DNA from: Lama glama
Taxonomy: Eukaryota
Direction: 5' to 3'
DNA: 64,000 nucleotides
Assembly (NCBI GenBank): GCA_028534125.1
Contig: CM052817.1
Span: 994,001-1,058,000 of the forward strand
Shown in pieces: positions 62,701 through 64,000 of the stretch. The notes beneath the pieces are model-generated. The model ran no database searches. It saw only the letters and a list, made by a program, of their open reading frames with translations, and was not told where the DNA came from. The position numbers were made by a program, and so were the translations under genes. Position 1 is the first letter of the stretch. Each line of letters opens with the position of its first letter.

Positions 62701-63591
62701 CCGCAGCGTCGGCGGGTATGGCTCGCGAGGACCCGGAGCACGCGGCGAGAGCCTCCACTGCACCTGCACCGAGATCGTGGGGCGCATGCGCGGAACGAAG
62801 AGGGCGGGGGCCGGGCCGGGAGGGGTCCTGTGGGTCCCGCACCCCCGTGCCTTCTGCAGGGATCTGGTATCCGAGCTGGGCGTGCTGCGCTGCGTGGGGA
62901 CGCGCGGGGCTGCGGGCGACGTGGGCATCACACCCAGCTACGACCGCGTCCCCGCGCCTCGAGCCCGTGCGGCCCCGGGCGCAGGTTCCCAAGGGCGCCC
63001 AGCAGGGGAAGCCGCGGAGCCCCGACTCCAGGTCCCGGCCAGGCGCTGCGTTCAGACAAAGGGTCGGAAGATGGAGATGGAGATGGAGATTCTTCCGTGA
63101 CAGCGCCAGGTGGCCGAGGAGGAGGAGGACGAGGCGCTACGGGCTCCGGCGGCCCGGCTCCAGGTCCGGAGCTCACAGGCCCGCGTTAGGCGGCGGGGGC
63201 GCGGGGACGCAGGGGCCTGGCGGGAGGCGCGGAGCCTGGAGCCCCACGGGGCGCCCGTTCCTGGTCGGGACCCCGGCCGCACGCGCGCTCGTCTCTGGCC
63301 ACCTAGCGGGGCTCGGTCGCTCCGTCGTGCCCCGGGCCTCCCGCGCCGCCCCCGCCCGGCCGCGGTGCAGCGCCCAAGTGTGCCATCGGGCGGGCGCGGA
63401 GGCGGCGTCTGCTCCCACCCTCGAGATCACATGGTGACCCTCGGCAGCCAATGAAGTGGACGCTAGGACCCTGCGGGACCCCGGGCGCCGCGACTGCACC
63501 GGCGCCGCTGCATTATAAATACTTCTCCAAAATGCGGCGCAGCTCCCTGCGCGCGCCCCGGCTGCCCGCCACCTCCGCCCCGCGCTCCTGA

Positions 63592-63648
63592 GCAGCTGCC
63601 GCCGCCGCCGCCGCCGCCGCCGCCGCTGCCGCCGCCGCCGCCGCCGCG
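63592..63648 (+). repeat. GCC trinucleotide repeat in the NAT8L 5'UTR: GCA GCT (GCC)9 GCT (GCC)6 GCG
   Basis: Read directly from the sequence. Confidence 0.95.
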
Positions 63649-63740
63649 GGTCCGAGGGCGCCGCGCCCTTGCCCTGGGCCGGGGCTGAGCCCGCCCGCAT
63701 CCCGGCCCGCGTCCCTGCGCTGCGCCGCCCGGCCGGGTGC

Positions 63741-64000
63741 ATGCATTGTGGGCCTCCCGACATGGTCTGCGAGACGAAGATCGTGGCCGCCGAGGACCAT
63801 GAGGCGCTGCCGGGGGCCAAGAAGGACGCGCTGCTCGCTGCCGCCGGCGCCATGTGGCCCCCGCTGCCCGCTGCCCCTGGGCCGGCCGCCGCGCCCGCCG
63901 CACCCCCACCTGCACCCGGCCCCCAGCCCCACGGCGACGCGGGGGGCGCGGGGCCGCCGGAGGGGCGCGGCGTGTACATCCGCGAGATCCGCGCAGCTGA
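63741..64000 (+). CDS. NAT8L: NAT8L (aspartate N-acetyltransferase) exon 1, truncated by window end
   Basis: MHCGPPDMVCETKIVAAEDHEALPGAKKDALLAAAGAMWPPLPAAPG...IREIRAA matches the NAT8L N-terminus; synteny after C4orf48. Confidence 0.97.
   Translation, partial: MHCGPPDMVCETKIVAAEDHEALPGAKKDALLAAAGAMWPPLPAAPGPAAAPAAPPPAPGPQPHGDAGGAGPPEGRGVYIREIRAA

Larger units (their letters stand above)
62500..64000. promoter_or_regulatory. NAT8L CpG island and promoter
   Basis: CCAAT 63448-52, TATAAA 63514-19, NRF1 palindrome 62782-91, dense CpG. Confidence 0.85.

Noticed and set aside
63532..63534. Upstream ATG for NAT8L
   Set aside because: Only about 13 nt after the TATA box, so probably upstream of the TSS, and out of frame with 63741.
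63173..63979. Antisense poly-Arg, poly-Gly and poly-Ala ORFs over NAT8L
   Set aside because: Reverse-strand readings of the GCC repeat and the GC-rich exon.

Overview
Mammalian genomic DNA, most likely a camelid: four tRNA-derived SINEs resemble the Tylopoda-specific Vic-1 family. The window is syntenic with the human 4p16.3 Wolf-Hirschhorn region. In order it holds (1) the last 11 coding exons and 3'UTR of NSD2/WHSC1 (+), with the intronic H/ACA RNA SCARNA22/ACA11; (2) the complete 11-exon NELFA/WHSC2 gene (-, 532 aa, tail-to-tail with NSD2, 18-kb repeat-filled intron 1); (3) a repeat-rich spacer with L1s, ERV LTRs, SINEs and MER elements; (4) the complete NICOL1/C4orf48 gene (+, 95 aa); (5) the promoter and start of exon 1 of NAT8L (+). 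There are three N-gaps. I checked all exon chains by hand for splice sites and phase. Most entries in the six-frame ORF track are GC-rich noise. I found no clearly new multi-gene system. The best leads are an unannotated intron/exon-like structure just upstream of the NAT8L TATA box, a GC-AG intron and an Asn-to-Ile SET-domain change in NSD2, an out-of-frame upstream ATG in NELFA, AT-rich blocks inside GC-rich NSD2, and an L1 plus a SINE inserted at one target site. Comparisons to human sequences are from memory and need checking by alignment.
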